Below are positions 49,364-59,941 of a stretch of DNA of 64,000 nucleotides, one piece after another. The stretch comes from Thermodesulfobacteriota bacterium (GTDB lineage: Bacteria; Desulfobacterota_D; UBA1144; Nemesobacterales; JAJCZQ01), in the NCBI GenBank assembly GCA_965203965.1, contig CBDBDR010000017.1, positions 672,001 through 736,000 on the forward strand, read 5' to 3'. Both the position numbers and the translations under genes were made by a program. Positions within the stretch are counted from its first letter, which is position 1; every line of letters begins with the position of its first letter. The notes beneath the pieces were generated by a model. It saw only the letters and a list, made by a program, of their open reading frames with translations, made no database searches and had not been told where the DNA came from.

Positions 49364-50029
49364 CTACCTGCTGCTCTTCACTCCTACTTTCAGGCAGTAT
49401 TTCTCCACCGGACAGGTGCTGCAGTAGGGAGAAACCGGCCTGCATAAATGTTGTCCGAAGGAGACAAGCAAATAGTTATAATCAATCCAGTATTTTTGAG
49501 GCAGCTTTTTCCTGAGCTCAAATTCTGTTTGCTCAGGCGTTTTGGTTTTTACATACCCAAACCTGTTTGATATTCTGTGAACGTGTATATCCACGCAAAC
49601 ACCCGGCTTGTTAAATCCAGAAGTAACAACAAGATTAGCAGTTTTCCTACCCACACCTTCAAACTTTAAAAGCTCCTCAAGATCATCTGGCACAACCGAA
49701 TTGTGTTCTTCTATGAGTTGCTTACAAAGTTTAATTATCCTTCTTGCTTTAACTCTATAAAAGCCCACGGGATAAATAAGGCCGGCTAATTTTTTTTCCC
49801 CAAGACGAAAAATTTCCCCGGGCGTGGATGCTTGTTCAAACAATCTCCGTGAAGCCTCTGCGGTTGTCTCATCTTTTGTTCTCAGACTGATAAGTGTAGA
49901 GATCAGGACTTTGAAAGGATCTCCGGTGGAAGCTGCAACAAGATTGATGACGGGAGCGTTCCATTTTTTTACCTCTTTTTTCAGAATGTCTAAAACCGTA
50001 TCTATATTTCCGTCATCAAATTTTTGCAC
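49364..50029 (-). CDS. nth: Endonuclease III
   Basis: HhH GVGRKTANL, VDIHVHR, C-terminal CxxxxxxCxxCxxxxxC. Confidence 0.95.
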   Translation of the reverse strand: MQKFDDGNIDTVLDILKKEVKKWNAPVINLVAASTGDPFKVLISTLISLRTKDETTAEASRRLFEQASTPGEIFRLGEKKLAGLIYPVGFYRVKARRIIKLCKQLIEEHNSVVPDDLEELLKFEGVGRKTANLVVTSGFNKPGVCVDIHVHRISNRFGYVKTKTPEQTEFELRKKLPQKYWIDYNYLLVSFGQHLCRPVSPYCSTCPVEKYCLKVGVKSSR

Positions 50030-50148
50030 GATAAAAAGTAATATATTTCAGGCTTATGTGCAAAAACAACAGGAATAAAATGTAAGACTCGCGATCGTAG
50101 ATTAGACCCAAAGTAACAAATTACTTTCAGGTCATTGCAGGGCAGACC

Positions 50149-50898
50149 CTATTGCAGTAGCTCGCTGTTCAATGCTCCTTCACATTTATGCTTTATATCT
50201 TCCCATTTCTGAAAGAATAGTCTTAAAACAGAATCTGCTTCTTCAATCTTTTTCTGCTGTAGTAGTTTCAGGAATTTTGAAATTTCCCCTACACTTTCTT
50301 CATTGTGCAAAGTAGAAATATGAATATGAGTACATATTTCTCCGTAGTTCAAAATGATAAATCCTTCTTTTTCAAATTTGTTAAGCCAGCTTTTTAAATT
50401 ATCAACCCCATCATTCAGATAATTCAGATAACCTGCAAACGGCGTCTCAACAGCCGAGGAAATGAAATCCTTGATAATGTTACCCCTTTTATCCAGCCTG
50501 CTTCTGGCTTTAGCCAGTGATGTATCGTAATGAATTGTATTGAAACCCCAATGTGTATAAAAATTTTTTCTTTCGTCCCTTTCAAACATTATAAACCATT
50601 CATGTGGTATTGAATTTTCAAATGAAAAAATATTTTCTGAACCGATAAGTGGTGCAATAAAATAATCCTGTTCACCCTTTTTTAAAAAGAAACAATCCTT
50701 GATTTCACTGTCTTCAATATTCATGTGTTCTGATAAGGCAACCCTGAAATTCTGGTATTCATTGCCAAACCACACACCAAAAGGTGAAGTTGGACCACAC
50801 CAATACATTTCGTAAAACTTGGAATATTCAAGCCAGTATTCGCTTTGATCTCCAAAACTGTCCAAGGGTTCATAAACAATAAGCGTGCTTGTAGCCAT
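50149..50898 (-). CDS. Conserved hypothetical protein
   Basis: L.VYEPL..F, IP..WF, WL..F......LNYG pattern. Confidence 0.7.
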   Translation of the reverse strand: MATSTLIVYEPLDSFGDQSEYWLEYSKFYEMYWCGPTSPFGVWFGNEYQNFRVALSEHMNIEDSEIKDCFFLKKGEQDYFIAPLIGSENIFSFENSIPHEWFIMFERDERKNFYTHWGFNTIHYDTSLAKARSRLDKRGNIIKDFISSAVETPFAGYLNYLNDGVDNLKSWLNKFEKEGFIILNYGEICTHIHISTLHNEESVGEISKFLKLLQQKKIEEADSVLRLFFQKWEDIKHKCEGALNSELLQ

Positions 50899-51002
50899 AT
50901 AAATCATTATCTGTTGTATCTTCAGAAAAATCAAGAACGCACACCCCTATACTCTCATGTCACAAGATTGAAATATTTTTTCATGAGCGTAGCATTCTCA
51001 AC

Positions 51003-51707
51003 ATGAAATATCTTACGATAGAAGATCTTATCCAAGAAGCAGATAAGAGAAATATTGATCTTGGTAAGAATCCGGAGCAAACAATACGCAAATATGCAAC
51101 GCTTGGTTTGATACCCAAACCCAAACGAAAAAAAGCAGAAAAAGGGACAAAAGCTACTGTAATTTACTATCCTGAAAGAACAATTGAAAAATTGATTCAA
51201 GTCAAAACACTGAAATCAGAAGGACTTAGTATAGATGAAATCAAGGACAGTTTTGCACTTACGTACATTCAAAACACACTTCAGGATATGTTATCAGGCT
51301 CGGATGACGGCAAGATTAAACAGCTTGCTAAAATCTTATCAGGGCATAAAAAAGAGTTGGAATCAATCGTGGAAGCCCCTCTCGTTTATTTAATGGAAGG
51401 AATGTCAGATAAAGAAGCAACAAAACTGATTACTCTTTTTTGTGGAATAGGTTTTCATGCAATATTGGATGCCCAGAAAGAACTTGAGAATCTTAACTTT
51501 AACGAAGCCCGCAAAAATCTTTTCAAGGCGGTTTTCTACAATTCTATCTCCGTCCTCAGACTCGCCAGAAAAACAGGCGAAAATGAACTTGAAAAAACTG
51601 CACTCGAAGTATATGACAAAATGGTTCTGGAACCTCTGAACAGAGCAAGCGAGATTGTCAGGAGAAATTTTACGGAATCCCTGAAAAAACATGAGCAACG
51701 TAAATAG
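51003..51707 (+). CDS. MerR-like HTH protein
   Basis: TIRKY..LGLIPKP...YYP......L..VK.L...GLSIDEI. Confidence 0.75.
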   Translation: MKYLTIEDLIQEADKRNIDLGKNPEQTIRKYATLGLIPKPKRKKAEKGTKATVIYYPERTIEKLIQVKTLKSEGLSIDEIKDSFALTYIQNTLQDMLSGSDDGKIKQLAKILSGHKKELESIVEAPLVYLMEGMSDKEATKLITLFCGIGFHAILDAQKELENLNFNEARKNLFKAVFYNSISVLRLARKTGENELEKTALEVYDKMVLEPLNRASEIVRRNFTESLKKHEQRK

Positions 51708-51876
51708 AATGACAAACAATAAACTTCACGGGTCAATACTTTGTGGAAATATAGGAAGATAGTGATCTAAGTATGCCAAAAAATACGGGGTCAATTCTTG
51801 ATCTTCAAAAGTGGAAATTGCAATATAGCCCAAATTGAAAGATAGCATTTTCACAACTATAATTCACCGTTAAAAA

Positions 51877-53319
51877 ATGAACGACAACACACCCAAAATA
51901 ATTATATACAGCAGCCTGACACAAAAAAAAGAAGAATTAGTTCCTCAAGAGGGGAAAAAAATAAGGATATACGCATGCGGGCCTACAGTTTACGACTCTG
52001 CCCACCTTGGACATGCGAGGTCAGCAGTATCGTTTGATATTATTCAACGTTTTCTGAGACATGCGGGCTATGACGTCACATTCGTGAGAAACTATACAGA
52101 TATTGATGACAAAATAATCAACCGTGCCAAAGAACTTGGCTTGGATTGTAAGGAGATATCCGAAAAGTATATACAGGAATATAAGCATGACATGGCTTCA
52201 ATCGGGGTTCAAACTCCTGACATGGAGCCTAAGGTAACAGAACACATTGACAATATAATAGCTATTATTCAGAAGATCATTGATCGCGGTTATGCCTATG
52301 TTTCAGGCAATGATGTTTTTTTCTCCGTGAGGAAATTCAGAGAATATGGAAAACTTTCAAAGAGGTCTATCGATAATATGCTTGAAGGTGTACGCATTGA
52401 TATTAATGAGAAGAAAGAAGATCCCCTTGACTTTGCACTTTGGAAAGGTGCAAAAGAGGGTGAACCTTCATGGTCAAGCCCATGGGGTAAAGGGAGACCG
52501 GGATGGCATATTGAGTGTTCAGCCATGAGCATGCAATATCTGGGAGATAGCTTTGAAATACATGGTGGAGGTAAAGATCTGATATTTCCGCACCACGAAA
52601 ACGAAATTGCACAATCTGAAGCTGCAAGTGGTGAGCAATTTGCCAAATACTGGTTGCATAATGGACTTATACAGATCAACAGCGAAAAAATGTCAAAATC
52701 TCTCGGGAATTTTTTCACCGTTCAGAATGCCGTCAAAAAATGGAGTCCCGAATCAATAAGGCTTTTCTTTTTATCACACCACTATCAAAATCCTGCCGAT
52801 TTTTCCGAACAGGTTATGGATGATACGGAAACTTCTCTGGAGCGAATTTACACAACTCTGAAGCGAGCTTACGACACTAAAACTGATTCCAATTCTACTG
52901 ACCCAGAACTGGAGCAGAACCTTAAAAAGTTTAAAGAAAACTGGAATAAGGCAATGTGTGATGACTTCAACACTGCCAACGCGGTAGGCAACTTGTTTGA
53001 GGTTATAAGGGCAATAAATAAATCCATTGACAATAACGGTTGGACAAAGACACTCGGCGAAACTCTTGAGGAGATCAGAAAATTTGCAAACGTACTCGGA
53101 ATACTTGAGAAAGACCCTACCAAGTATTTGGAAAATAAAAGATCCACTGAAAAGCTCGAAGATATAACAACCGGGGAAATTGAATCACTTATTGAAGAAC
53201 GCAGAAAGGCAAGGGTAGAAAAAAACTGGACACACGCCGATGAGATCAGAGATCAACTTGATTCAAAGGGTATAGTTCTTGAAGACAAACCCGGCGAGAC
53301 TATATGGAAGGTTAAGTAA
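51877..53319 (+). CDS. cysS: Cysteine--tRNA ligase
   Basis: CGPTVY...HLGH, GRPGWHIECS, KMSKS. Confidence 0.98.
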   Translation: MNDNTPKIIIYSSLTQKKEELVPQEGKKIRIYACGPTVYDSAHLGHARSAVSFDIIQRFLRHAGYDVTFVRNYTDIDDKIINRAKELGLDCKEISEKYIQEYKHDMASIGVQTPDMEPKVTEHIDNIIAIIQKIIDRGYAYVSGNDVFFSVRKFREYGKLSKRSIDNMLEGVRIDINEKKEDPLDFALWKGAKEGEPSWSSPWGKGRPGWHIECSAMSMQYLGDSFEIHGGGKDLIFPHHENEIAQSEAASGEQFAKYWLHNGLIQINSEKMSKSLGNFFTVQNAVKKWSPESIRLFFLSHHYQNPADFSEQVMDDTETSLERIYTTLKRAYDTKTDSNSTDPELEQNLKKFKENWNKAMCDDFNTANAVGNLFEVIRAINKSIDNNGWTKTLGETLEEIRKFANVLGILEKDPTKYLENKRSTEKLEDITTGEIESLIEERRKARVEKNWTHADEIRDQLDSKGIVLEDKPGETIWKVK

Positions 53320-53377
53320 GTCATCGCACTCGCCAAAAAACAGCCTGACAATAAAAATATCAGGGTATATAAAAATT

Positions 53378-54346
53378 TTATATCCAGACACCCATGTATT
53401 CAAGCATTCTTCTGATGTTTGCAGGACTTTGCGTTTCTCCTCTACAACTATACCAGCATGCCTCGCATTTTGTTTTGGCAAACAATTCAGGGCTGTAGTC
53501 ATCGTAATGTGCGACCACGGGCATTTCGGAGCATCTTTTCAAATGCCCACTTGGGGTAACCTGAAGGTGGCTCAGTCCGGCAAAACAATCGGGGACTCCC
53601 CCCCTCTCAAAATAAGCAGGTATTTCTTTTAAGTAATACTCCGTGGAAAGAATAGTTCCTTTCCACTGTTTTCGTAAGTCTATAAGCTCATCAATAACTT
53701 CTCTTACTTTTTCCAACCGTTCTTTCCTTATAAAATGCTTTTCATTATCAGTTTTCATTACAGAATAGGAACTGAACGAGATCCTTACCCCCCACTCTCT
53801 TGCTTTTTGGGCTATTTTCACAACTTGATCAAGGTTGTCCTCCATGATTATGGTGTTCAAAACTACTGTTTTATCCGGAAAACCTCTGGCGAGCTCGGGC
53901 ATTAATGCAGAAATATGGTTCCAGAGACCGGGAATTCCCCGATATTTATCATGGGTCTCTCCCGGAAAATCTAGAGAAATGGCTATCTGATCCATACCAG
54001 AATCAAAAAGCTCTCTTGCCTTGTCAACGGTCAGGAGATCACCTTTTGTCACCATGGAAATAAAAATGAACATTGAGCATTCCTTGATCTGCCTGACAAT
54101 ATTGGGAAGGTCCTTTCTCAACATCGGTTCCCCGCCAGTAATTACTGTTACCAACGGGTTGATCTTCTTAATTACGGGTCTGTAGTCAGTAATCCTTTCT
54201 TCATGCTTTGTCTGCCAGTAGTCACAAAAATCACACGTTGCGTTACAAAGCTTTGTTACCTCAAGATTTACAAGCTTGGGCCTTTTTGTGACCTTATTAT
54301 AAAGAAATTTTAAAGTTCCGTTAACTGCTTGGTCAGTAGAGATCAT
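53378..54346 (-). CDS. Radical SAM protein with C-terminal twitch-like Cys cluster
   Basis: CNATCDFC, TGGEP, CFAG...P.G...C...C..C. Confidence 0.88.
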   Translation of the reverse strand: MISTDQAVNGTLKFLYNKVTKRPKLVNLEVTKLCNATCDFCDYWQTKHEERITDYRPVIKKINPLVTVITGGEPMLRKDLPNIVRQIKECSMFIFISMVTKGDLLTVDKARELFDSGMDQIAISLDFPGETHDKYRGIPGLWNHISALMPELARGFPDKTVVLNTIIMEDNLDQVVKIAQKAREWGVRISFSSYSVMKTDNEKHFIRKERLEKVREVIDELIDLRKQWKGTILSTEYYLKEIPAYFERGGVPDCFAGLSHLQVTPSGHLKRCSEMPVVAHYDDYSPELFAKTKCEACWYSCRGETQSPANIRRMLEYMGVWI

Positions 54347-54454
54347 TTTGAGTGATTTTAGCTACAAAGAATTTGCTGTATTTAGAATACTATCTGCTAA
54401 ATCTCATTGGATTGCAAATTAATTTCCCTGTCTAACAATGTTAACGATAACAAT

Positions 54455-55216
54455 TTAACTATTAACTTCAATAGAAGGCTTATGATTATACCTGTCAATT
54501 GCCCTTCCTTGATTCTCTGCAATTTCCAGAAAACCTGAACTTCCATAGATCGCCAAAAGTTGGTTTTTCGTGACGTTTGAATAGGTTGCACAAATCCGTC
54601 CTATGCTAACGCCGTCAACCGATATTTCACTATTTAAGCTAACGTCTCTATTGCTGATATTAGTGATCATATTGCCAAAATGATCAATATACAAAACATC
54701 TCCAATCAATTTATTGCCCGACCTTTGTACATCCCTTATGTCTATCTTTTGAGGTTTTTCAATTTTTTCTCCAAACAATTCAGGATTATCCAAAAGTGAG
54801 AGATGCGCCGAAACCGGTGCAAAAATATCACGTGCATGAAAGGTTGAACTTATGTTATCAAGAAAAAAATTCTCGTTTGATATTTGATATAATTCAAAAA
54901 GATTTTTTTTACAAATGAGGGAAAACACCCCGTTATCAGGACCTACAAAATAATGCCCATCCTTTTTTACAATTACTGGAAGTCTCTCTCCGCCAACTCC
55001 CGGATCCACAACCACAAGATGAATTGAACCTTTGGGGAAAAATCTATATGATTTTTTTATATTTATAGCAGCGGCAAGTATATCCTGAGGTGCAATGCCA
55101 TGATTTATATCCACCAGTTTTATAGAGGGATTTATTGACAGGATCACACCTTTTACAACACCAACATAATAATCGGTCAAGCCAAAATCAGTTGTCAATG
55201 TCAGAATTTGTGCCAT
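54455..55216 (-). CDS. SAM hydroxide adenosyltransferase / chlorinase-fluorinase family (DUF62)
   Basis: LTTDFG, VVDPGVG, GPDNG, TFHARDIF, DHFGN. Confidence 0.92.
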   Translation of the reverse strand: MAQILTLTTDFGLTDYYVGVVKGVILSINPSIKLVDINHGIAPQDILAAAINIKKSYRFFPKGSIHLVVVDPGVGGERLPVIVKKDGHYFVGPDNGVFSLICKKNLFELYQISNENFFLDNISSTFHARDIFAPVSAHLSLLDNPELFGEKIEKPQKIDIRDVQRSGNKLIGDVLYIDHFGNMITNISNRDVSLNSEISVDGVSIGRICATYSNVTKNQLLAIYGSSGFLEIAENQGRAIDRYNHKPSIEVNS

Positions 55217-55247
55217 ACTCAATAAATATTAACCTTACGTAGAGATT

Positions 55248-55997
55248 ATGAAAGTATGGATATTGGGCAGTGGGACTTGCATCCCATATAACAGAAGAGG
55301 ATCATCATCTTACCTTATTTCCTTTAATTCAAATAAGATCCTCTTTGACTGCGGCAGTGGCACAACTTGGAAGCTGGAAAAAATTGGGGTTGACTACCTT
55401 GATATTGACCATATTTTTATAACGCACTTTCATCCTGACCATAATGCAGATCTGATTCCGTTTTTATTTGCTACCAAGTATCCAGCCGGTAAGGCAAGGA
55501 CAAAGCCTCTTTACGTTTGGGGACCGTCTGGATTCAAGAGTTTCTTCAATTCACTCAAAAATGCCTACAACGAGTGGATTGAACCTAAGTGTCTGAACAT
55601 CAGAGAATTTAATAATAAAGACAACGGTATTTCAGATGAATTCAAGATATGGTGCTTCAAAACTCCTCACACGGACAATAGTCTCGCATACAAGCTGAAA
55701 ACAGGAGGAAAAACCATTGTGTATTCAGGCGACACGGATTACGTGGGTTCTTTTGCCGAATTTGCATCTGGAGTTGATCTTTTAATAATTGAATGCTCAT
55801 TAACTAATAATCTGAAAAAACCCGGACATCTTACACCTTCGGAGGTAATAAGCATTGCCAATCTGTCCAAACCTAAAAAGCTGGTTCTTACTCACATTTA
55901 TCCCGTGTGCGACGAGGAAAATATTTATGACTTTATCAAAGATAATACCAATTGTGAAACATTGCTGGGAGAAGATCTTTTACGGGTTGATATTTAG
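55248..55997 (+). CDS. MBL-fold metallo-hydrolase (RNase Z-like)
   Basis: LGSG, FDCG, THFHPDH, YSGDT, LTH. Confidence 0.88.
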   Translation: MKVWILGSGTCIPYNRRGSSSYLISFNSNKILFDCGSGTTWKLEKIGVDYLDIDHIFITHFHPDHNADLIPFLFATKYPAGKARTKPLYVWGPSGFKSFFNSLKNAYNEWIEPKCLNIREFNNKDNGISDEFKIWCFKTPHTDNSLAYKLKTGGKTIVYSGDTDYVGSFAEFASGVDLLIIECSLTNNLKKPGHLTPSEVISIANLSKPKKLVLTHIYPVCDEENIYDFIKDNTNCETLLGEDLLRVDI

Positions 55998-57088
55998 TTT
56001 TTCAATACACTTGCAACCACGTCAAAAACCTCTTCGGGTCCTATGTCTTCAAGACATTTAACTCCATAGGGACATCTTGGCGTATAACCAAATTTTGTGC
56101 AAGGACTGCATTTCAATCTTTTGTTTATTGTGTGATTTTTAGCGCCGGAAGGAGCCCATTTCTCCTGAATACCTGCACCAAATAAAGAGACTGTTCGTGT
56201 TCCCACGCCGTAGGCAATGTGCATTAATCCCGAGTCTGCACTTATTAGAACATCTAATTTAGATATAATATTTTTCGTTTCATTCAATTCTGTCTTACCG
56301 ATTAAGTTCAAGTAATCTCGATCGCCAAGAAATTTCTGGAAAGCCAAGGAATCTTTCATTTCCCCCATACCACCCAGCAGCACCACTCCTGTATCACTAT
56401 CCAGAAGCCTGCTCCCTAAAAACGAGTAATTTTCAACTCCCCACCTTCTTTCCCTTACGGTTGCACCGCTGAATATTCCGACAACATATCCGTATTTTTC
56501 TTTGTAGCGTGAAAAATCAACACTTGCCGATACTGTTTCAAAATCCAAAAAAGCCTTATCCCCGTTAAATTCGTGTTTGTTTCCGGTAAGTTCTGACAGC
56601 AAGTTTATAAAACTAACAGCTTCGTAATCATCCTGATTGTATAAAACAGAGTTGGTAAACAATCTTTGTCTTTCGTTGGTTGCAAAACCAACCCTGACAT
56701 TTGAACCGGTAAGAAAACAGATAACCGCACTCAACCGGTGCCACTGTTCAGTATCAATAACCGCATCATAGTTTTTCTTTAAAACCCTTAATAATCCCAG
56801 ATTCTTAAAGTCATCATACAGATAGAGATCATCAATATATTTGCAGTCCTTAAAAATTCCTGCATTTCTCTTTTCAGCCAGTATATCAACCTGAATATCT
56901 GTAAATGTATCCTTCAATATTTTTAAGCAGGGATATAAAAGTACGGCGTCCCCTATACCACCGGGACGAATGATCAGAATTTTGTTATAACCATTGCTCT
57001 TACCAATTTTACTTCCAAATGTAGAAAGTAGATAACAAAGGGGTTTGCCAACACAATAATCCAGAAATTTGATTAGTTTGATTTTCAT
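55994..57088 (-). CDS. Glycosyltransferase family 9 (heptosyltransferase-like)
   Basis: GIGDAVL, DSGLMHIA, LFG, CSPC. Confidence 0.9.
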   Translation of the reverse strand: MKIKLIKFLDYCVGKPLCYLLSTFGSKIGKSNGYNKILIIRPGGIGDAVLLYPCLKILKDTFTDIQVDILAEKRNAGIFKDCKYIDDLYLYDDFKNLGLLRVLKKNYDAVIDTEQWHRLSAVICFLTGSNVRVGFATNERQRLFTNSVLYNQDDYEAVSFINLLSELTGNKHEFNGDKAFLDFETVSASVDFSRYKEKYGYVVGIFSGATVRERRWGVENYSFLGSRLLDSDTGVVLLGGMGEMKDSLAFQKFLGDRDYLNLIGKTELNETKNIISKLDVLISADSGLMHIAYGVGTRTVSLFGAGIQEKWAPSGAKNHTINKRLKCSPCTKFGYTPRCPYGVKCLEDIGPEEVFDVVASVLKN

Positions 57089-57124
57089 TAGCCAAGAACA
57101 GATAATTGTCTCTGTTTTAATACA

Positions 57125-58207
57125 CTAATCTAACAAATCTGACTTATAGCTAACCTTACCAGTTTTGGGGTCAAGGTTATAATTTTCCCCGAACGGATTT
57201 TCAGGGTAATCTTCATTTCTTGCATGCGTAATAAAATATCTCAGATCATCAATTTTTTCTGGGTATTCACCATATAAATTTTTATAACTCAATGCTCTTG
57301 AATTCAAAACCCTCAGATTGTGTTCAAGGTCAGCTTTTAACAATGTTTTACTTTTGAATGACTTGATTAGTGGTATCAAAACAAATTCTCCACCACTATG
57401 GTCTTTTGGTAACCTGTCCAAATACCCTCCATTAAGCAATTCAGTCAAATTGCCCGGAAGACCGCCGTGCTTTTTCTCGTAGTTGCCAGCCAACAACGTC
57501 AGCTTGTCCTCTATATCTCTTGTTTTCAGCTCATTGAGATTTTTTAACGCAAAAGCTTTTCTCCCTTCATCCAGAGTAGTATTGTATATTTGTTCCCAGA
57601 TTTGCTTTGCCAACTCTCTCCTTTTGCCTTTTATCAATGCGCTGCCTGCCATACCTTTTATTGAAGCACGCAAGGTATCAGGCAAACCCGGTTTTTCGGA
57701 TGCCTCGTTAAAAAGCTCGGCAGCTTTTGCATAATTCTTATCATGTATGAAATAGATAAAAGCCTCCTCAAGAGGTATCCTAAAACTGTTAGGATTATTT
57801 GCCCTGCCTTTTTCAAAAAGTTTAACGCCTTTTTCAAAATCACCTAATCCCGTAGGTAAAGGCTCTGCCAGGAACGTTCCGCCGAACCTGTAAGCATTAA
57901 AAAACTTCGGATCCAGATCGGTCATTATATCAAAGTATTTGTAGAGGACTTCCGAGTCTCTTATCCCATCTGTGTTGCTTCCAAAATATTGTAACGCCCT
58001 TAGCCAATATATATCGGCGAGCAGTTCCCTGTATCCAAGGGACACCTTATCTAAAACCGATGAATTAAGGTAGAGGGTTTGGCTTATTATCTGTGAACTA
58101 TCTCTGTGTTTATCTATATTGATCTGAAGCGGTATTGATACACAAATCATGACAACAATCACAACAAGCATTGCCAGAGGTTTCTTGGACAAATAACTTA
58201 AAGCCAC
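57125..58207 (-). CDS. Membrane-anchored TPR-like protein, PilG/Xap-like
   Basis: AD.YWLR.LQY, TDLDP.F..AY, TPR helices, two pseudopilin-like C-terminal modules. Confidence 0.7.
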   Translation of the reverse strand: MALSYLSKKPLAMLVVIVVMICVSIPLQINIDKHRDSSQIISQTLYLNSSVLDKVSLGYRELLADIYWLRALQYFGSNTDGIRDSEVLYKYFDIMTDLDPKFFNAYRFGGTFLAEPLPTGLGDFEKGVKLFEKGRANNPNSFRIPLEEAFIYFIHDKNYAKAAELFNEASEKPGLPDTLRASIKGMAGSALIKGKRRELAKQIWEQIYNTTLDEGRKAFALKNLNELKTRDIEDKLTLLAGNYEKKHGGLPGNLTELLNGGYLDRLPKDHSGGEFVLIPLIKSFKSKTLLKADLEHNLRVLNSRALSYKNLYGEYPEKIDDLRYFITHARNEDYPENPFGENYNLDPKTGKVSYKSDLLD

Positions 58208-59010
58208 TATTTAAACTCTCTTTTTTCAAAAATAATTATTGAAAGAAAAAGCAAGATGCAACCGTAAATTACTGCATAAGCTGTCGTGCTTGCTATCAGG
58301 TTCAGCGTTATTTCTCCACCGTAAACTGCTTCACTTCTGAAATTAAACTTCTCTAGATTGGGTATCACCCTGTAAAACACTTCAACGACAACCGACACGG
58401 CAGGATTTTTCACTTCCTCAGCAAACAACCTTATATCACTTGAAAAACGTCCAACCACAAATGCGAGCAAAGTCATAATTATAGACAGGATGGGAGTTGT
58501 AAAACTCGAAAATACAAGAGCTATTCCAATCAAGATCAGAAATTCCAAATATTGGAAATAAACTGCAACTACGAACTCGCTGTAAAAATGTCCCTTGTAA
58601 TAAAATTCAATAAAGTCTTTATATTTGGTTTCAATATAGAGAACAAGCAGTATTGACACCACAAACATTGAGATTGTAATTATCAGTATAGTTACGGACA
58701 GACCCAAATACTTGCCAATTATAAACTGGTATCGATACAATGGCTTTGAAAAAATATTATAGACGGTTTTCTTTTCTATCTCTTTGTAAACAAGCCCAAT
58801 GCCTAAGAACACGGAAAGTATTATCCCGAAGATAGAAATAGCCGTCAGGGCAAAATCCTTTACTATCTTATTGTATTGCTCAGCAGAGATTGTGCCTATA
58901 ATCAGAGAGCTTACGATCATCAAAATTGCAAAAAACACCAGACTATAAAGCACCCTGTCCCGTATTGCTTCTGTAAAGGTATTTTTGGCAACTATCCAGA
59001 TTTGACCCAT
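58207..59010 (-). CDS. ABC transporter permease (PilI-like)
   Basis: NTF.EA.RDR, EIEKKT....SKP..R..FI.GKY.G. Confidence 0.85.
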   Translation of the reverse strand: MGQIWIVAKNTFTEAIRDRVLYSLVFFAILMIVSSLIIGTISAEQYNKIVKDFALTAISIFGIILSVFLGIGLVYKEIEKKTVYNIFSKPLYRYQFIIGKYLGLSVTILIITISMFVVSILLVLYIETKYKDFIEFYYKGHFYSEFVVAVYFQYLEFLILIGIALVFSSFTTPILSIIMTLLAFVVGRFSSDIRLFAEEVKNPAVSVVVEVFYRVIPNLEKFNFRSEAVYGGEITLNLIASTTAYAVIYGCILLFLSIIIFEKREFK

Positions 59011-59017
59011 CGAACTG

Positions 59018-59941
59018 TTAATTCCTATTTTGCTCTTGAATAAAAAGACCTTCAAGGGATTTTCTTAATGGATGCAGGGAAACAATATCTATATCCACCT
59101 CTATAAGTAACCTCACTATCTTGTTTTTCTGTTTTTCATCAAATCTCAGCACAACATAACCCGCCCTTTCATTACAGATGATATCATCCAGGCTCATTTT
59201 TTGCTTTAAGGTAGCTATATTGGTATTTAGAAACATCTCGTAGTCAGTCTTAATACCATCAAGTAACTCTGCTAAAATGCCAACTCTGACAACTATACCG
59301 TTCAAAATTACACCCACTCTGTCACACAGAGATTCAACGTCTGAGAGTATATGGGAGCTTAAAAGAACTGTTTTACCATTGGCTTTCTGCTCCAGAATAA
59401 TGTCCTTGATTTCCTTTCTACCAAGGGGGTCAAGACCACTCATCGGCTCATCTAATATTAAAAACTCAGGATCATTTATCAATGACTGGGCGATCCCGAT
59501 TCTCTGCAGCATTCCTTTTGAATACTTTCTCAACTGTATCTTTCTGGCGTGATTCATATTCACCTTATGCAGTAAATCGTCAACTCTTTTATCCAGAACT
59601 GCTCCTTCAACTCCGTGCAAATGTCCCATATACTTTAATAATTCTTCACCCGTTAGGTATTCATAAAAGTAGGGACTTTCAGGCAGGTAACCAATCTTGG
59701 ACCTTATATCAACACTATGACTGTGAATATTATCAATCTTAATATCACCATTTGTAATTGAAAAAAATCCTAAAATGGATTTAAAAGTTGTAGTTTTCCC
59801 AGACCCGTTTGGACCTATAAAACCAAACACCTCACCGTGAGAAACAGTGAAATTCACATCATGAAGCACGCGGACTTTCTTGCCAAAGAAACCAGTTTTG
59901 AAATCTTTAACTAAACCTTTAACTTCTAACATTTTATCCAT
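59018..59941 (-). CDS. ABC transporter ATP-binding protein (PilH-like)
   Basis: GPNGSGKTT, YLPE.PYFY, YSKGM, LDEPMSGLDP. Confidence 0.92.
   Translation of the reverse strand: MDKMLEVKGLVKDFKTGFFGKKVRVLHDVNFTVSHGEVFGFIGPNGSGKTTTFKSILGFFSITNGDIKIDNIHSHSVDIRSKIGYLPESPYFYEYLTGEELLKYMGHLHGVEGAVLDKRVDDLLHKVNMNHARKIQLRKYSKGMLQRIGIAQSLINDPEFLILDEPMSGLDPLGRKEIKDIILEQKANGKTVLLSSHILSDVESLCDRVGVILNGIVVRVGILAELLDGIKTDYEMFLNTNIATLKQKMSLDDIICNERAGYVVLRFDEKQKNKIVRLLIEVDIDIVSLHPLRKSLEGLFIQEQNRN

Noticed and set aside
51728..51795. Repeated GGGTCAAT motif upstream of cysS
   Set aside because: Only two short copies; could be chance
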